DNA from: Paraspadella gotoi
Lineage: Eukaryota > Animalia > Chaetognatha
Length of the DNA: 64,000 nt
Assembly: GCA_051294375.1 (NCBI GenBank)
Contig: CM119270.1
Coordinates: 1,648,091 to 1,712,090 of the forward strand
Reading direction: 5' to 3'
Part shown: positions 1 through 41,999 of the stretch, in pieces
Layout of the letters: each line of letters starts with the position of its first letter
How positions within the stretch are numbered: position 1 is the stretch's first letter
Program-made: the position numbers and the translations under genes
Notes under the pieces: model-generated
Database searches by the model: none
Told to the model about the DNA's origin: nothing
Seen by the model: only the letters and a program-made list of their open reading frames with translations

Positions 1-37
<37 letters not shown>

Positions 38-367
38 TCGTGAATGCGGGGGAAGCGAAGATAAAAAAACACGCGCCGACGCAAAACAATGAAACTGGGT
101 TTTTTTTTCTTTGATTCGAATTTTTCAGTTCAAATTTTAAAAAAGTAATAAAAAACTTTGAAACTTGTATATTTTATGTTTGAAACAAAAAGAAACGTTT
201 AAATTGTTTCTTCCCTTCAAAGAAAGATATTTTTCAGACTTTAAATTTAATAATAGATGATTAAAATGTTTTATCTTTGTAGCAGAAACAAAGTCTCTTT
301 GAACTTACCCTCTCTCCCTAATCTCGTCCTTACTTACTCCACCCTTAACTCGCTCTCTCTCTCTTCT

Positions 368-411
<44 letters not shown>

Positions 412-542
412 CTCCTCATCTCATCCCGCTTAATTTTTGATCCTAGAAAAAAAAAGAAAAAAAAAATTGAATTTTGATCTCAGACGAAATTCTCGGCTTC
501 GAGATATTTTAACCTTTTTATTTCTTTCTCTCTTTCTCTCTG

Positions 543-598
<56 letters not shown>

Positions 599-652
599 CT
601 CTTCTCTCTCTCTCTCTCTTTCTCTCTCTCTCAACACCATCCTTTACGCCAG

Positions 653-11601
<10,949 letters not shown>

Positions 11602-12507
11602 AATGAAAAGTAAGAATAATTCGAAATGTATTAATAAAAAATGATAAACAAATGAAGTGATCATAAAAAAATAAAATGATTTTAAAAGTAAAAACAGGAG
11701 AAAGAGAGAGAAAAAAAATGCTTCCAAGACATTTATATCACGAAATAACAAGTCTTTTTATCTTTCCGTATCTCTATCCGTTTATGAGTTGATTTGTTTG
11801 TTTTTTTAATCTTTTCTTCAACTAAACTCGACCTTTCTTGTAAATTAAAAAAATGAATCCTTGCAGTTCTTTGCAAGTTTTTTTTTTTCAAACTGAATAT
11901 ATTAATATTAATTTAGGCTTCGAACTGGGAATAAATTTTTTTTTTACTTTTTAATGCGATTAAAAATAAGTCCATTTGGCAAAGCCTGAGAGAAAGATAG
12001 TGAGAGAGCGCCTGAGAGCTTTAGAGTGAATTCGAGATGTTGACCTCGATAAATTTAATTAACTCTCGACTTAGCAAACTCTCTCAAGGAAGACAATTTT
12101 GTCCGATGATCAAAAACTTTTTCTCACTGTTAAAAAAAAACTATGACTAATTAATCAGTACCTTTGCTTTCTCTTTTTTAAATTTTAGTGGCTTAGTTCA
12201 CACAATACCTGTATAAAAAAACTTGCGTTTTTCTCGGCTTTTTATACGTAAATACTTTTGAAAAGCATTGAATACATTTAATACTTTATTAATAACCTCA
12301 TTTTCTTTCTGACGCAGTAGTTCATGATGATATTTTTTCATTTTTTATTCATTATGACGCATATATTTTTATTCTGGGCAATCATATTACTTTTATTTGA
12401 CCCATTTAAAAAAAAAATTTAATAAGTAAAAAAATTAATTTTAAAACTATAATTTTTTTGCAATTAAATTATAAACAAAATTGAAATCAGCAAAACAAAG
12501 CGACGAG

Positions 12508-28071
<15,564 letters not shown>

Positions 28072-28140
28072 TGAACGACAACAACAACAAGACGAACGAC
28101 AACAACAACAAAAGTATAAACAACCACCGATTAGCCTTTT

Positions 28141-28224
<84 letters not shown>

Positions 28225-28915
28225 CAAAAACGTTTCCCTCGACGTGAAGTTGTTTTCTTTTTTTTTTACTTTGGAAACAACTGTTTTTATTGTTTTTTTT
28301 TGGTCCCGGGAGAGAAAAAGACAACAACCAAATAGGGAAAAAACAAAAAACAAACTGTTTTTCCCCTGGAAATTCAAAATAGATCTCTCTCTCTATTTAT
28401 CTATCCGTTCGTTCGTTTCATCTTTTGTGCATCGTCTCCTCTTCATCCCCTCCTCCTCCTCTTCCTCTTCCTCCTCCCCCTTCTCCCCATTAACATCTTT
28501 ACCGACAACAACCGTTTTTAAGACGACATTTGCCCGACTCTGGACCGACGTCTGTTCCAACTCGTCGGCTTCTTTGTCGGCTTCTTTGTCGGTCGAGAGA
28601 AAACATTCGTCTTCGCCATCGTCGGTCAAAAAAGGAAAAAAAAAAGAACATCGAGACGACAACAACAACAACAACGACGACGTTTGGCGGAGAAACTGGA
28701 GAATGATAACAACAACGACAAAGAAACGGCACTCACTGTAATTGATGGCATTGTTTTATCTGTTATACAAAACAAAACAAAACAAAAATAAAACTGTTTT
28801 TATCTGTTTATTATAATTTTGTTTTCTCTCTCCCGATGTCGATCAATCGTTAACTAATTTGTTTTTTGTTTTTTTTTTATACCGCCCAAAATACGCAAAA
28901 TTTATACATAAACGG

Positions 28916-29024
<109 letters not shown>

Positions 29025-29214
29025 GTTTTATTAAATTTTTTATGTCTTGCAACGAAAAAAAAACCAACATTTTGGCTACGAATTAAAACTGGAAGTGAAA
29101 TAATAAGTCATTGCGACAACAACAACAACAACAACAACAAAATAAAGGGAAATCGAACTTTGATGAGAAATTCATGATGTCTCATTTAACCATACGACGC
29201 TTTTTTTAACGGAA

Positions 29215-29324
<110 letters not shown>

Positions 29325-29904
29325 AGCTATTATTTTATAGTTGCTTTGTAGCTCGCGCACTCATTCTCTCTCTCTCTCTTCCTCTCTCTCTTTCTCTCTC
29401 TAAGTTATTAAAAAGCGAAACTTCATTTTGGACTTTTGAAATACATGGATACAATATTAGGTTACTTTTTAACGTATGTATTAAATACATAGATTGTTCG
29501 TAGAATGATTCTCCTAATTTTTTTTAAGTTTATTGTTTGTTCTTTGATAAAATTAAAGTAATATACTATTACTCCAATTGTGGTCAAACAGAGTTTGAAT
29601 ATTTTCGGGTTATTTTTCGTAAGAATATTTTCTTTTTTGTTTCTTCACGTGAAGTTTTAAAGTAAATTTGAGTTGAAAAAAGAATTCCAAAATTATAAAT
29701 AATAAAATATCTAAAAAAAAGATTAATGTGAAGAATTCATTATGCTGTATGAGTTGGTTAAACTGGCAAAAGAACCGTAATGTTTATTGTTTTGTTTATA
29801 TAATGACATATATAATGACATATATAATGACATCTCCAACGTCGATTCACAAAAATAAACAAATCATCCCGCTCACTCTTTCACAAGTTTCACTCAATCT
29901 TAAT

Positions 29905-30003
<99 letters not shown>

Positions 30004-33000
30004 CGCTTTCTATTTTAAATATTTTTTTCCAAACCAAAAAATCCAAAAGATGACAAAATCCGATTTAATAGATGGAGAATTCAATACAGCATAAGGAATT
30101 CTTCAGACGATAAAACAAACAAATTCAAATCTAATCGATTTCTGAGAATCCAAATCATTTCCGAGAAATCAAATCCGATTTCTTAGAAATTCCCAAAGTT
30201 TTTTTTCCAGAATCATCTCATCCGAGAAAAAGAGAGGGAAAAGACTCGTTCGTTCGTTCGTTCGTTCGTTCGTTCGTTCGTTCGTTCGTTCGTTTTCCGT
30301 TTCTTTTTCTGGTGACGAAGGAAAAAAAAACCGACATGAGCTGTAATGAATTAAGAAACAAATAAAAACAAAAAGAAAAACGAAGTTTGTGAAAATGAAT
30401 ATCACGCAATTATCACTTGGGAACCGTCTTCTGTTCCAAAAAAAAACCCTTTTTTTTTTGGGCGCAAAGACATAGGAAAATGTCACCAGCAAAAACAGAT
30501 TTAAAAAAACAAACAAACAAACAAAATACTAATTTGTTATACAAAAAAAAATCTATTGCTAGTGCAGAGACTATGATCGAAGAAAAAAAAATAGAATTAA
30601 AAAAAAAAGAAGAAAAGGAACAGAAGATTTTTGCAGAAGACTGATCCTTAATTAAGCATAAAACAAGGAACAACTATGTTGAACTCAAAACAAAAGAGCA
30701 AAAAGTTTGTTCAATGATTTTTCTCAAAAATTTCCCCCTCCTCCTCCTCCTCCTCCTCCTTCTCCTCCTCCTCCTCCCTCTTATCCTTCTCTCTCTATCC
30801 CGCCCCCCCCCACCGCCAAAAAAAAATAATTAAAATGATTTATATATATATTTTAGCGCCCACGCGCTTAATATACTTTTAGCGACGAACGAATTAATTT
30901 AAAAAAAAAATGATTGATTAAAGAAAAACAAGAAAGAAAATAAGTTTCGAACGAAATTTATTGACCCAAAAAAAAAGGCTTAAATTGGAAAAAAAAATAT
31001 GAAGAAACAAAAAAGCATAAAAAGAAAAAAAAAAGAGTTTCGCAAAGTCCAACAAGAAAAAAAAAACTTTACTTTATGAGCCTTTTACTACAAGTCGACT
31101 CTACGCAATACCTACCTTTCTAGGCATAAGCTAGTCTTCACTAGTCATTATTTCCATACTACGCTGTATTTTTGTTTGCATTGTTATCAGTAAATTTCTG
31201 AAATTTCAACCCTTCCCTCCCTTCCCCAATAAAATACGAAAGTCAAAGACTGAAGAACAACAAAAAAATCATGGCAACGGAATAAAAAAGAAGAAATCTG
31301 CCAAATGTAGAGAGCAAAAAAAAAAAAAAAGAAAAAAAGGGCGGAGTTCACGCTCTGTTGTTTGTTCACCAAGTCGCAATATTATTACGATGATAATGTT
31401 TTTTTTTAGTACCTACTGTTTTATAGAAAAAAAAAGTTAAACAATATTAAACCGCGAAACCGCATGCGAAAAAAGAAAAACTAAATAAAAGAAAGTTTGT
31501 GCATGACCTTTTTTCCTCATAATTATCATTTCTTTTCTTTGTTTATTTATTTTAAAAAAAAAATTTTTCATAATAATCTGTGCCAAAAAGAAAATGTTTT
31601 TATTTCTTAGTGAATTTTTTTTTTTTTGGTTTAGCATAAAAAAAAAAGGACCTGGGAAATGAGGTCCATAAAAATGCGGCTCCTTCTTCCCCCCCCTCTC
31701 TCTCCCCCCTCCGCCCTCATTTCCCCTTTTCTTCAAAGTCCCCCCCTCTCTCTTACTGTGCCCCATATGTTCGTTAATATGGTGCTATTTTGGAACCTTA
31801 CTGTTTATAACCCCCTACTATTATTATGATTATTATTATTATTACTATTATTATTACGGATACAATGTTGTACTACAACTGTACATATGATTGCATTAAA
31901 TATTAAAATAAACTTAAGGCGAAGATTTTGTTCGACAAAAACAACAACAAAAAAAAAAAAAAACAATTTTTCTGGGCGAAACCGAAATAAAATTGAGAAA
32001 TATATATATTTAAATATTTGAAAGATGAGAATCGATTTCGATAGAAGAGACTAATTATGTAATTACGTACGTGTTGTTCATGGTTTATTTTTTACAATAC
32101 TACAATTACATTAAGTGTAGTGAATTTTTTAATGTTTTCCTGCCAGTGTTAAGTGAAAGTTGACGTTATTATTTTTAACTTTCTGCTTCTCCGAATTTTC
32201 TTTTATCGTGTTAAGACTTTTTTTTTTAATTTGAAAAAGAAAAAAAAAAGATTCGTCGATTCCCGTTTTTTTTTAAAAGGGGATTTTTAATTTTTCCTCG
32301 CCCTTTTCCCTTTTTAAAAACAAAAAAATACGAACAAACAAACAAAAACAGTTTATTACATTTAATATAAACTATGCCGCTTTTTACTGCACTTTTGAAA
32401 TCGACAAGAAGGAGCAACTTTTACTTTGTTCTCGAATTTTTAAAAAAAGTAAGTTAATTTTTTTTTTAGGTTATTTAGTTGGTTTTTTTTTTTTGCGCTT
32501 AAAACAAAAAAACTAAATCTGTCATTCGATTTAAAAAAACAAACAAAGAAATTAATAGAATTTGACAAAAAGAAAAAATAGAAAATCCCTAAGGGGGATT
32601 TGATTTTGCCCACTCCACCCCATAGCTGTATTAGCATCATTGACAATAAAACACATTTCTTACAAAAAAAAATCATGTAATTTTATTTTTTACGAGGGCA
32701 GATAGAGAGCGAGAGGCATATTAGCTAGCGATTAGATAGAGAGCGAGAGGCATATTTGATCTTGTTTGGTTTAATTTCGATCAATGATAGAGATTGACGA
32801 AGCAAAGTAGAGAACAGAGATAAAAAAATATTCAGAAAAAAACACAATATTGTTAAAAGTAGACACTTCCGTATTGTAAATATATATGAATATATGAAAA
32901 AACCAAGATTAATTCTCTGAAATCGTGAAATTTATGATTCACCTGAATGTTGGCGAAATACGAAGTAAAGAAAAATATTAGTGAATGCTAACTATTTTTT

Positions 33001-33275
33001 TTTCAAAGTTATTAGTAACGAAACAACAACGACAACAATAACAACAACAACAACAACTACAACCTCAACGACAATAACTACCTATTTATTTCTCTCTCTT
33101 CTTTCTCTTTCTCGCCTTTTGTTTTGACTAGCAACCGAGAAAAAAAAGCGGTTTTTCGTGCCTAGCAACGGTTGTTAACCCTTTCTTTCACCCGGAATGA
33201 CTGACCGCGAGGTCTCTCCCTCTATCTCTCTATCTCTCTCTCAGCTCTCTCTCTCTCCTCTTCTCTTCTCTCTCT

Positions 33276-33330
<55 letters not shown>

Positions 33331-33368
33331 AAACATACACACACACACCACGCTCTCTCTCTCTCTCG

Positions 33369-33442
<74 letters not shown>

Positions 33443-33564
33443 TCCACACACACACCACACACACACCCGGTCATAACCCTCGTTCGGCGAAATTCTGTCC
33501 TCCTTTTTTCCTCGCATGGTCAAGAATCCTTTCCTCCTCCTCCTCGTCCTCCTCCTCATTCTTT

Positions 33565-33683
33565 CCTCCTTCCTCCATTTTTGCCCAACTTTTCGCTTTT
33601 TCTTTCCTTTCCTCCCTTTTTCTCCTTCTTTCCTTCCTCGTCTGATCCACATTCGGTGGAGGAGGGAAAAAAATCGCTGTCGA

Positions 33684-33745
<62 letters not shown>

Positions 33746-34218
33746 AGAACGAAGAGAGAGAGCAGCAGAGAGAGAGAGAGAGGACTCGGTATGTTTTTAA
33801 CCTTGACTGATCCGGGACCAGTCAGAGCGTCTCTTCTTCGTCGTCGTCGTCGTCGGCTTTCGTGCCTTTCCCCCTCTTACCTTTTCTTGCGTTCGGTCAC
33901 GAACATTTGTCGCCTCGCGTCGGCCTCATCGTCGCCGAAATGTTCGTCTCGTGTCCGGTCGAAGACTAATCTCCATGACGCTGATGTCGTCACGCGACGA
34001 TCGGATGACGCTGAGATTATTGAGCAACTTTCGTAAAATCTCTCTCTTTTNNNNNNNNNNNNNNNNNNNNNNNNNCTTTCCTCCTTCCTCCATTTTTGCC
34101 CAACTTTTTCGCTTTTTCTTTCCTTTCCTCCCTTTTTCTTCCTTCTTTCCTTCCTCGTCTGATCCACATTCGTGGAGACGGGAAAAAAATCGTGTCGAGA
34201 AGAGAGAGAGAGAAAGAG

Positions 34219-34279
<61 letters not shown>

Positions 34280-34577
34280 AGAGAGACGAGAGAGAGACTC
34301 GGTATGTTTTTAACCCTTGCTGATCCGAGTCAGTCCCAGTAAAAGGAACGACGTAGATTTGGTCGTCGTCTTCGTCGTCGTCGTCGTCGTCGGCTTTCGT
34401 GCCTTTCCCCCTCTTACCTTTTCTTGCAGTTCGGTCACGAACATTTGTCGGCCTCGCGTCGGCCTCTCGTCGGCCGAAATGTCGTCTCGTGTCGGTCGAA
34501 GACTAATCTCCATGACGCTGATGTCGGTCACGGCGACGAATCGGATGACGCTGACGATTATGATGACAACTTCGTAA
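33565..34577. repeat. ~0.5 kb imperfect direct duplication flanking a 25-N gap (probable gap-fill artefact)
   Basis: 33565-34036 repeats as 34076-34577 with scattered single-base indels; Ns at 34051-34075. Confidence 0.8.
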
Positions 34578-36093
34578 ACAAACTTTTTTAGAAATTAGAA
34601 CAATATGTATTTCATTTTGCTAAACTTTTTATGATGAATCTCAAATTAGACAAAAATCTGACTAATAAATCTTTTTGAAATTTAATGATTAACAGAGCGA
34701 GTTTTTATACAGTGACTTATAGAATTATGATACGACAACAATTAAAAAATTTTCCTACACATTGTTCTTCCTTAAGTTCTAACAAAGTAACGTTAAATAT
34801 AATTTTATTTTTTAACAACATTCAACACAGAATTCCTGGTTAACTACATGCTACATGGAGACTAGAGTGGAGTACTCAAGAACAAAAAAATTATTTGAAT
34901 GATCGAACAATGATATTTAGATGTGAGATAGTATGATTAACTACTACAAAAAATATTTTGTTCATATTATCTCGGGAACAGAATAGTAAAATATAATATA
35001 TTTGTAGTAATATCCTTATAAAATAGTAAATTTTAAAAATAATTTTTATAAAACTTTTAATAAAGATTCAGATTCTTCATAAAAAGTTGAATCAAAAATA
35101 TAAAACATGTTATCAAAAATTCTGTCATCTTCAATGTTTAAAATAAGAAAAAAGGTGAAAATTCCTGACTTTTTTATTCTCTGTAGTAGAAACTTATATA
35201 TGTTAAAACGTTTTAATCATTTTTTGTGATCTAAACATTAAAATATCATATAACATATTTTATAAAAGTTTTTTAGTTTTTTACAGCGAATCCAAATCAG
35301 TTCTTAAAAAAAAATTATTTTGAAATTTGACGATTTTATAAGGATATTACTACATAAATAATTGAATTTGCTATACTGTTATGCTAAAAAAATTTTTAAA
35401 AGGATTTCAAATTCATTAATTATATATCCATAAGCAGCAAAAAAATAATGTTCAATCACTCAATCTTTTCATCACTCCACCCTAATGGAGACTCTCGTTT
35501 TCTGTTAGCACAAAAGTGTCTTTTGTTTCCACATTGTCGTCGACCGTTTCTGCCACCTATCATTTGCTTTCAAAGTTATAACGGCAATAAAAAACAAAAG
35601 CTTATCAACTTGAATGCTAATTAGATACAATTTTATTTTCGCCGACTGGGATTTTGGCTTCTTTGAATACCAATGTAAACAATTTTATTATTAAAAGATG
35701 GTAAAAATTATTATTTAACTACGCAAATGAATTAAAACTATCGATGTTACAAATAAACTTATTTCCTTTACCTCAAAACGCTACGAATTATTATACAAGG
35801 TCTACTTAACAACCTTAACTTTAACCCTAACTATGCCGCTAATTATTTTGGTCTTTCTTTAAAAATTGTAATATTGTAAACTAAGTTTATGAAATTTAAT
35901 CAGGTCACGGAAGAGTTGAATAATTGTTTTATTTTAATAAGACAACAACAAAAAACAAAAGATTGTGCGCAATTGAATCGAACTTTAACCAATTATAATG
36001 GCGAGTATAATGCTTTCATTATTCGAAATAAAACGCATATTATATAGAGAAGGGGAAGAAAATATTATTATATGTTGATCCTCATGTAGATGC

Positions 36094-36202
<109 letters not shown>

Positions 36203-36541
36203 TAGTTTTATTTGAAATGAGGAAGCGATAAAGTGAAGAGACTTTTTTTCGTTTACATATTTTACAAATTATTTTGTCAGAATAGCATCGTAAGAGTCAA
36301 AACCTCAAATGGAGTCAAATGGAACCGAATGGAACCGAGATTCCATTGAGATTTTGATATAAAAAATCAGTTTCTAATTAAAATTTTTATTTTTTTCCTC
36401 CAAATTTCAAAACCAATTCAAGGTCGTTCGTATCACAGATCGAAAATATCGAATCACCGACGTGATCCTTAAAGTTCACAGGGCTTTAAAAATTATCTTC
36501 ATTTCTATCCCTCTCTCTCTCTATCTCTCTCTTTCTCTCTC

Positions 36542-36695
36542 TCAACTCCTCGTCCGTCCTTCGTGTTCGCAGATAAACTTTAGCTGTCGATCGCAAGGTA
36601 GATCCATCCATTTAAAATTCAGGACGCCGAAGAGAGTGAGACAGTCTTGGCCGCTGCCACCATCGTCTGGCTGACCCGTTTGATAAAACGTGAAC
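36542..36695 (-). CDS. Gene C exon 7: CTLD sugar-binding loop (FTFYQTGQPDDGGSGQDCLTLFGVLNFKWMDLPCDRQLKFICEHEGRTRS*)
   Basis: QPD and WND-like WMD motifs, conserved Cys, TGA at 36544-36542. Confidence 0.93.
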
Positions 36696-37311
36696 CTTGA
36701 ATCACAAAGTTGAAATACGTTGGACAGGAAGGCTTCAACGACACCAGTGAGAAAAAGGCGCTAAGTGGGATGAAGAGTGCTATCCGCAACTTCTTTAACC
36801 CCCTCTAGCAGCCATGGAACGGGTCCTGGGCTTGGAACCAGGCTTGAGGCTTTTCCACGCCCCCAAGGCGGCTTACGGCCGACCTCACGCATCCCGCAGG
36901 CTTGGTACCATTGGGGATCGATCTAGGTACAATTGGGGATCGATCTCAGTACCATTGGAGATCGATCTAGGTACAATTGGGGATCGATCTCGGTACCATT
37001 GGGGAGGGGATTCGATCTCGGTACCCTATTGGGCGACCGATCTCGGGTACCACTTGGGGGATCGATCTCGGTACAATTGGGTATCGATCTCGGTACAATG
37101 GGGATCGATCTCGGTACCTGATGGTCTAGAGCTTGACGGTAAGAGTCATGCTTATTGCAACAGCAAATCTCTCTCTCTCTCTCTCTTCTCTCCACTCTCT
37201 CTCCTTCTCCTCTCGTCCGCTCGATCCGTCTTCCCCGCTCTCTCTCTCTTCTCTCTCATCTCTCTCTCTCTCCTCTTCTCTTCTCTCTCTCTCTCTCATC
37301 TCTCTCTCTCC

Positions 37312-37356
<45 letters not shown>

Positions 37357-39337
37357 TCTCTCACCCGTCGGCGATGAGAGAGTTGGGATAAACCGGCCAA
37401 CCACCTCCAGACGCCCTCCTCCGAGATGTCGTTGCCTCCAAGCCACCGGCGGAAGCCGGAACGCGCCGCGGTGTCGAGCTGGAATTTGGGGGGGGGGAGG
37501 CGGTTGAAGGGTGGGGGGGGAAAGGGAAGGGAAGGGAGAAGGGAAGGGGGGAAAGGGAAGGGAGAAGGGAAGGGGGGAAAGGGAAAAGGGAAGGGAGAAG
37601 GGAAGGGGGAAAGGGAAGGGAGAAGGGAAGGGGGGAAAGGGAAAGGGAAGGGAAGGGAGAAGGGAAGGGGGGAAAGGGAAGGGAGGGAAAGGGAAAGGGA
37701 AGGGAAGGGAAAGGGAAGGGAGAAGGGAAGGGGGAGGGGAAAAGGGAAGGGGAGGGAAGGGGGGGAAACAAAGGAAGCGAAGGGAGAAAAAGGAAGAAAG
37801 AAAAAGGTTGGGGGAAATAAGAGAATGGAGAGAAAGAAAAAAGGAAAGAAAGAAAGAGAGAGAGAGAGAGAGAAGAGGTTAAAAAAAAGAAAGGAAAGAT
37901 AAGTTGTCAGGCGAAAGTTAAGTTCTTCGAAAAAAAATTGGCCGGAGAATTGTGGATTTCAAAAATATTGGTTTTCTGTCAAACACTAAAAGGGACTCAC
38001 ATTTTCAAGAGTGAAATGATTTTGAATCATTTTCCGTTTGGGTTTGGATGGAGGCCAAATTCGCTCCATCGTGGGATTGACAAACGCTTTGCGCCTGAAA
38101 AAGAATTTATTTGATTGAAGCCGTTATTTTTGATTGATGAATTGATGATTGATTGATTGATTGATTGATGATTGATTGATTTATTTATTCGATTTCATTT
38201 CTAATTCCTTAACTTATTCTAATATTCATCATTATTATTCTTTTAATCATCAATTTACATGATTTAGTTACTCATTCATTCCATCATTTTTTACGCTTTA
38301 AAGAATAAATTATCAACAATGCACTACTATCTCTTTCACTCTTTGTCAACTTTAATTTTTTTTACAAAAAGATTCACTTTCCCTTTGACACCCCAATCAC
38401 CTTCCTTCTTCTACTCGCCTAATCTTAACTCAAAAGACATCTCCTCTCTCTCTCTCTCTCTCATCATTATATCTCTCTCTCTCTCTCTCTCCCTTTGACC
38501 TCGACTGTCGCCCTTTAAGTCCCAGCTCGTCCAACCTTTCCTCATTCCTCCTCGCTGGCTCCTCCTTTTTTCCTCTCCTCTTCCTCCCTTTCCTTTCTCT
38601 CCTCTTCCTCTTCTTTCCTCCTCCTTCCTCCTCTTTCCTTACTCTTCCTCCTCTTTCCCCTTCTTTCTCTCTCTCCTCCTCCCTCCGTCTTCCTCTCCTC
38701 CTCTTCTCCTCTTAATACAAAAACTCCTGCTTCCTCTATTCCTCCTCTTACCCTCTTCCCTTCCTCTAGCTTTCCTTACCTCTTCCTCCTTTTGTCCAGA
38801 CTTTTCTTTTCCCTTTACTTTTCCCTGCCTTCTTCTCCTACTTTACTCTCACCTCTTGCCTCCCTTAGGTCTTACTTCTTATACCTTACCTTTTTAAAAA
38901 CCCCCTCCTTCTCATTCCTCATANNNNNNNNNNNNNNNNNNNNNNNNNNNNNNNNNNNNNNNNNNNNNNNNNTTATCGCCCGATTCTTTGCCTGATTTCT
39001 TGATTTCTCGTCATATTTGTCGCCTTATAATTAGCCTGATTTTTCGCCTGATTCTTTGCCTGATTCCTTCTACCCTCAACCCAACTTCTTTATCCGCTTC
39101 CCAACCTCTTTGCCTTCTCGATTTTGTATTCCCGCTTCTCATCCAACTCTGCCCGGTGCTCAACCATCTTTGCCCGCTTTTCGACCATCTCTGCCCGCCT
39201 CTTAACCCCGCCCCACATTTCTGTGTCCTTTTTCCCGCGGGGCCCTGGCTCTCTTTACTCGCCAAAATCTTTATTACCTTTGACCTCCGGCCAAGTTTCT
39301 CTCTAGACCCATTTTTTATTTCTCTTTTTTCACTCTC

Positions 39338-39368
<31 letters not shown>

Positions 39369-39373
39369 TCTCT

Positions 39374-39408
<35 letters not shown>

Positions 39409-39811
39409 TTTCATCGAAATAGAATATTGCTTTTTTTGTCCGCCCCTTCGTTTTCTTTTCTTTGTTTTTTTTCGTTTTCTTTTGATTGTTTGTTTCTGTG
39501 CACACTGTTTTTTTCCCCGTTTGTTTGTTATGTTGTTTTTTCTTTTTCTTTTCATTTTCTCATCTATTTACTTAACACAATAGTTTTTCTCGTCTATTTT
39601 GTTTTCTATTCTATTCTATTATATTTTATTCTCTTTTATTTTATTTTATTCTATTCTATTCTATTCTATTCTATTCTATTCTATTCTATTCTATTCTATT
39701 CTATTCTATTCTATTCTATTCTATTCTATTCTATTCTATTTCGTTTTTTATATTCTGTTTTCACCCCCTTGATTGTTAATCTCATTTTTTATGATGTTCT
39801 GGTGTAGTTAT

Positions 39812-39855
<44 letters not shown>

Positions 39856-41957
39856 TCTCTCTCTCATAGACTTCCTCACCCCTCTTGTTGTTCCACCTGC
39901 AGCGAACTACTTTTCCGGAATCGACTTTCCTTACCTCACTTACCTTAAACTTCCTTTCGTTCCCGTTCTTCCAACCGCGAATCATTTTCATGTCTATATG
40001 TCCGTTAGTATTCTTTTTCGTCTTATCCATGTCCGGCTGTAGATTCTTTATTTATCTTCATGTCTTTATGTCCGTCTGTAGTTTCTCCATTTGTATTTTT
40101 TAAGTTCGTCTGTAGATTTATTATGTTTATGTCCCTATGTCCGTCTGTAGCAGCTATGTCTTTGTAACTTCTTGCCATGTCTCTTCTCTATATCCATTTA
40201 TCCATCTCCATGTCTCCAGGATTATATATGTCTATATGTCCATCCATTATTCCTGACTCTCTGTATTTTCTGGATTCATTCTCTATCAATCCGTATTTTT
40301 CTTTCTCTCAATATAACAATCGGTAAATATTGTAAATATTGTCTCTTTTTTTAGGTCTACTGAACGAATATACTGGGCGCACACAGACGCGCACAACCGC
40401 GAAAGTTTTTAACCAATCCACCCATTGCTTCTTTCATAATCACTCACAGTCGCACATAGTCAAAACCACATTACCCAAGTCATATACGATCAAAAAAAAG
40501 AAAGAAAAAAAAGCTGCATGTACTCGCGTTTCTCTTCGGGGACACATTACGATCTCTCACGCCTTCCCACGACTTTCGCGGCCACTTAACCGAAGCCAAC
40601 GAGTTTTTTTCTTTTTTGAGGTCAAATCGGGTTATTGATCGGGGGTCGCGTTTCACCCCAAAAAAATATCCGCTTCATTTTATCCGGTGGTCGCGAATCT
40701 CTTTTGAATTTCTTTTTCTATTTGAATCTTTCATTAATTGGATTTTCGGTTTAATGCATCTTTTTTTTTTTCTGACGCTAAAACGAAAATGTTTTTTTTT
40801 TATCCTGTAAAGTTATTAATGCAGTTTGTATTTACGCTCGTAGCGGCGAGTGGGCTTGACCGAAGGGGGAGAAAATGGTTTTCATATCCGACGGCCGTGG
40901 ATTCGATATCAGTGTCTTACCCTGCCCCGTTTCTCGAGCGAAAAAAAAAAGGTTTTCATGTCCGACGGCCGTGGATTCGATATCGGTGTCTTACCCTGCC
41001 CCGTTTCTCGAGCGAAAAAAAAAAACGAGACGACGATTATTAAGACGATGACGAAAAGTGAACTCGAGAAATATCTCGATTATTTTTGAAATTTTTAAAA
41101 TTTTAAAAGAGTTAGGGGCAGTTGCCTCCGACGTCGTACGGTTTTAAGACATATTGTTTATGACCCTTTGATTAATCGATTGATGTTTTTATTATATACC
41201 TTAAATTTGACATGAACGAACAAGATTTTAAACCACCATCGTCGCCATCTTGGAAAAGTCGGGCAGAAAGTCGAGGCAATTCAAACATAGTTAATTAATT
41301 AAGTCTTTATATCAATGTATATTTTTTTATCATCGCCTACTTCCTTCGTTCTTATCAACGCTTTATATTCTAAAGACAGAATTCCCCTTTCTCTCTATTT
41401 CTTCTCTATTTACTCACGAACGCTCTTGTTTTTTTCTCCACGCGAAAAAGGTTTGACCCCTCCTAGTCGGCTGGCATTGAAAACCTCTCGGGACTGCAGA
41501 CTTCTCGGCACCGCCGTTCTTCCTCGGCACCCAGACTCTTCGGCACCGCAGCCCTATCTCGGCGTGGCAGACCCTTTGGCACTAAGGGCCCCTTAACACA
41601 TTAGACCCCGTTGGCGCTACAGATTCATTATCAATGCTGACCTATCGGCAGCGCAAACCCCTCGGCACTGCTGACCCTTCCTCACCGCCTCTCCCTCGGC
41701 ACCGCAGCCCGTCGAGAGAGAGAGAGAGTGAGAGAGAGAGATTCGGCAGCGGCGGTGAAGAATTGAAAGGCGGTAAGGTCTCTCGCCTACGCGAGGATCA
41801 CAAGAGAACTCACCCACGGGGGAAGAGGTAGTTTTTGGTTACGTTGAGAGCGGCGCGACGGCGGGAAATTAAAGAAGAGAAGGAGAGAGAGGAGAGAGCA
41901 AAGCGCCTGGGGAGTGGTTTTGACTCTCCTCTCTCTGGAGAGAAGAAGAAGAGAGAG

Positions 41958-41999
<42 letters not shown>

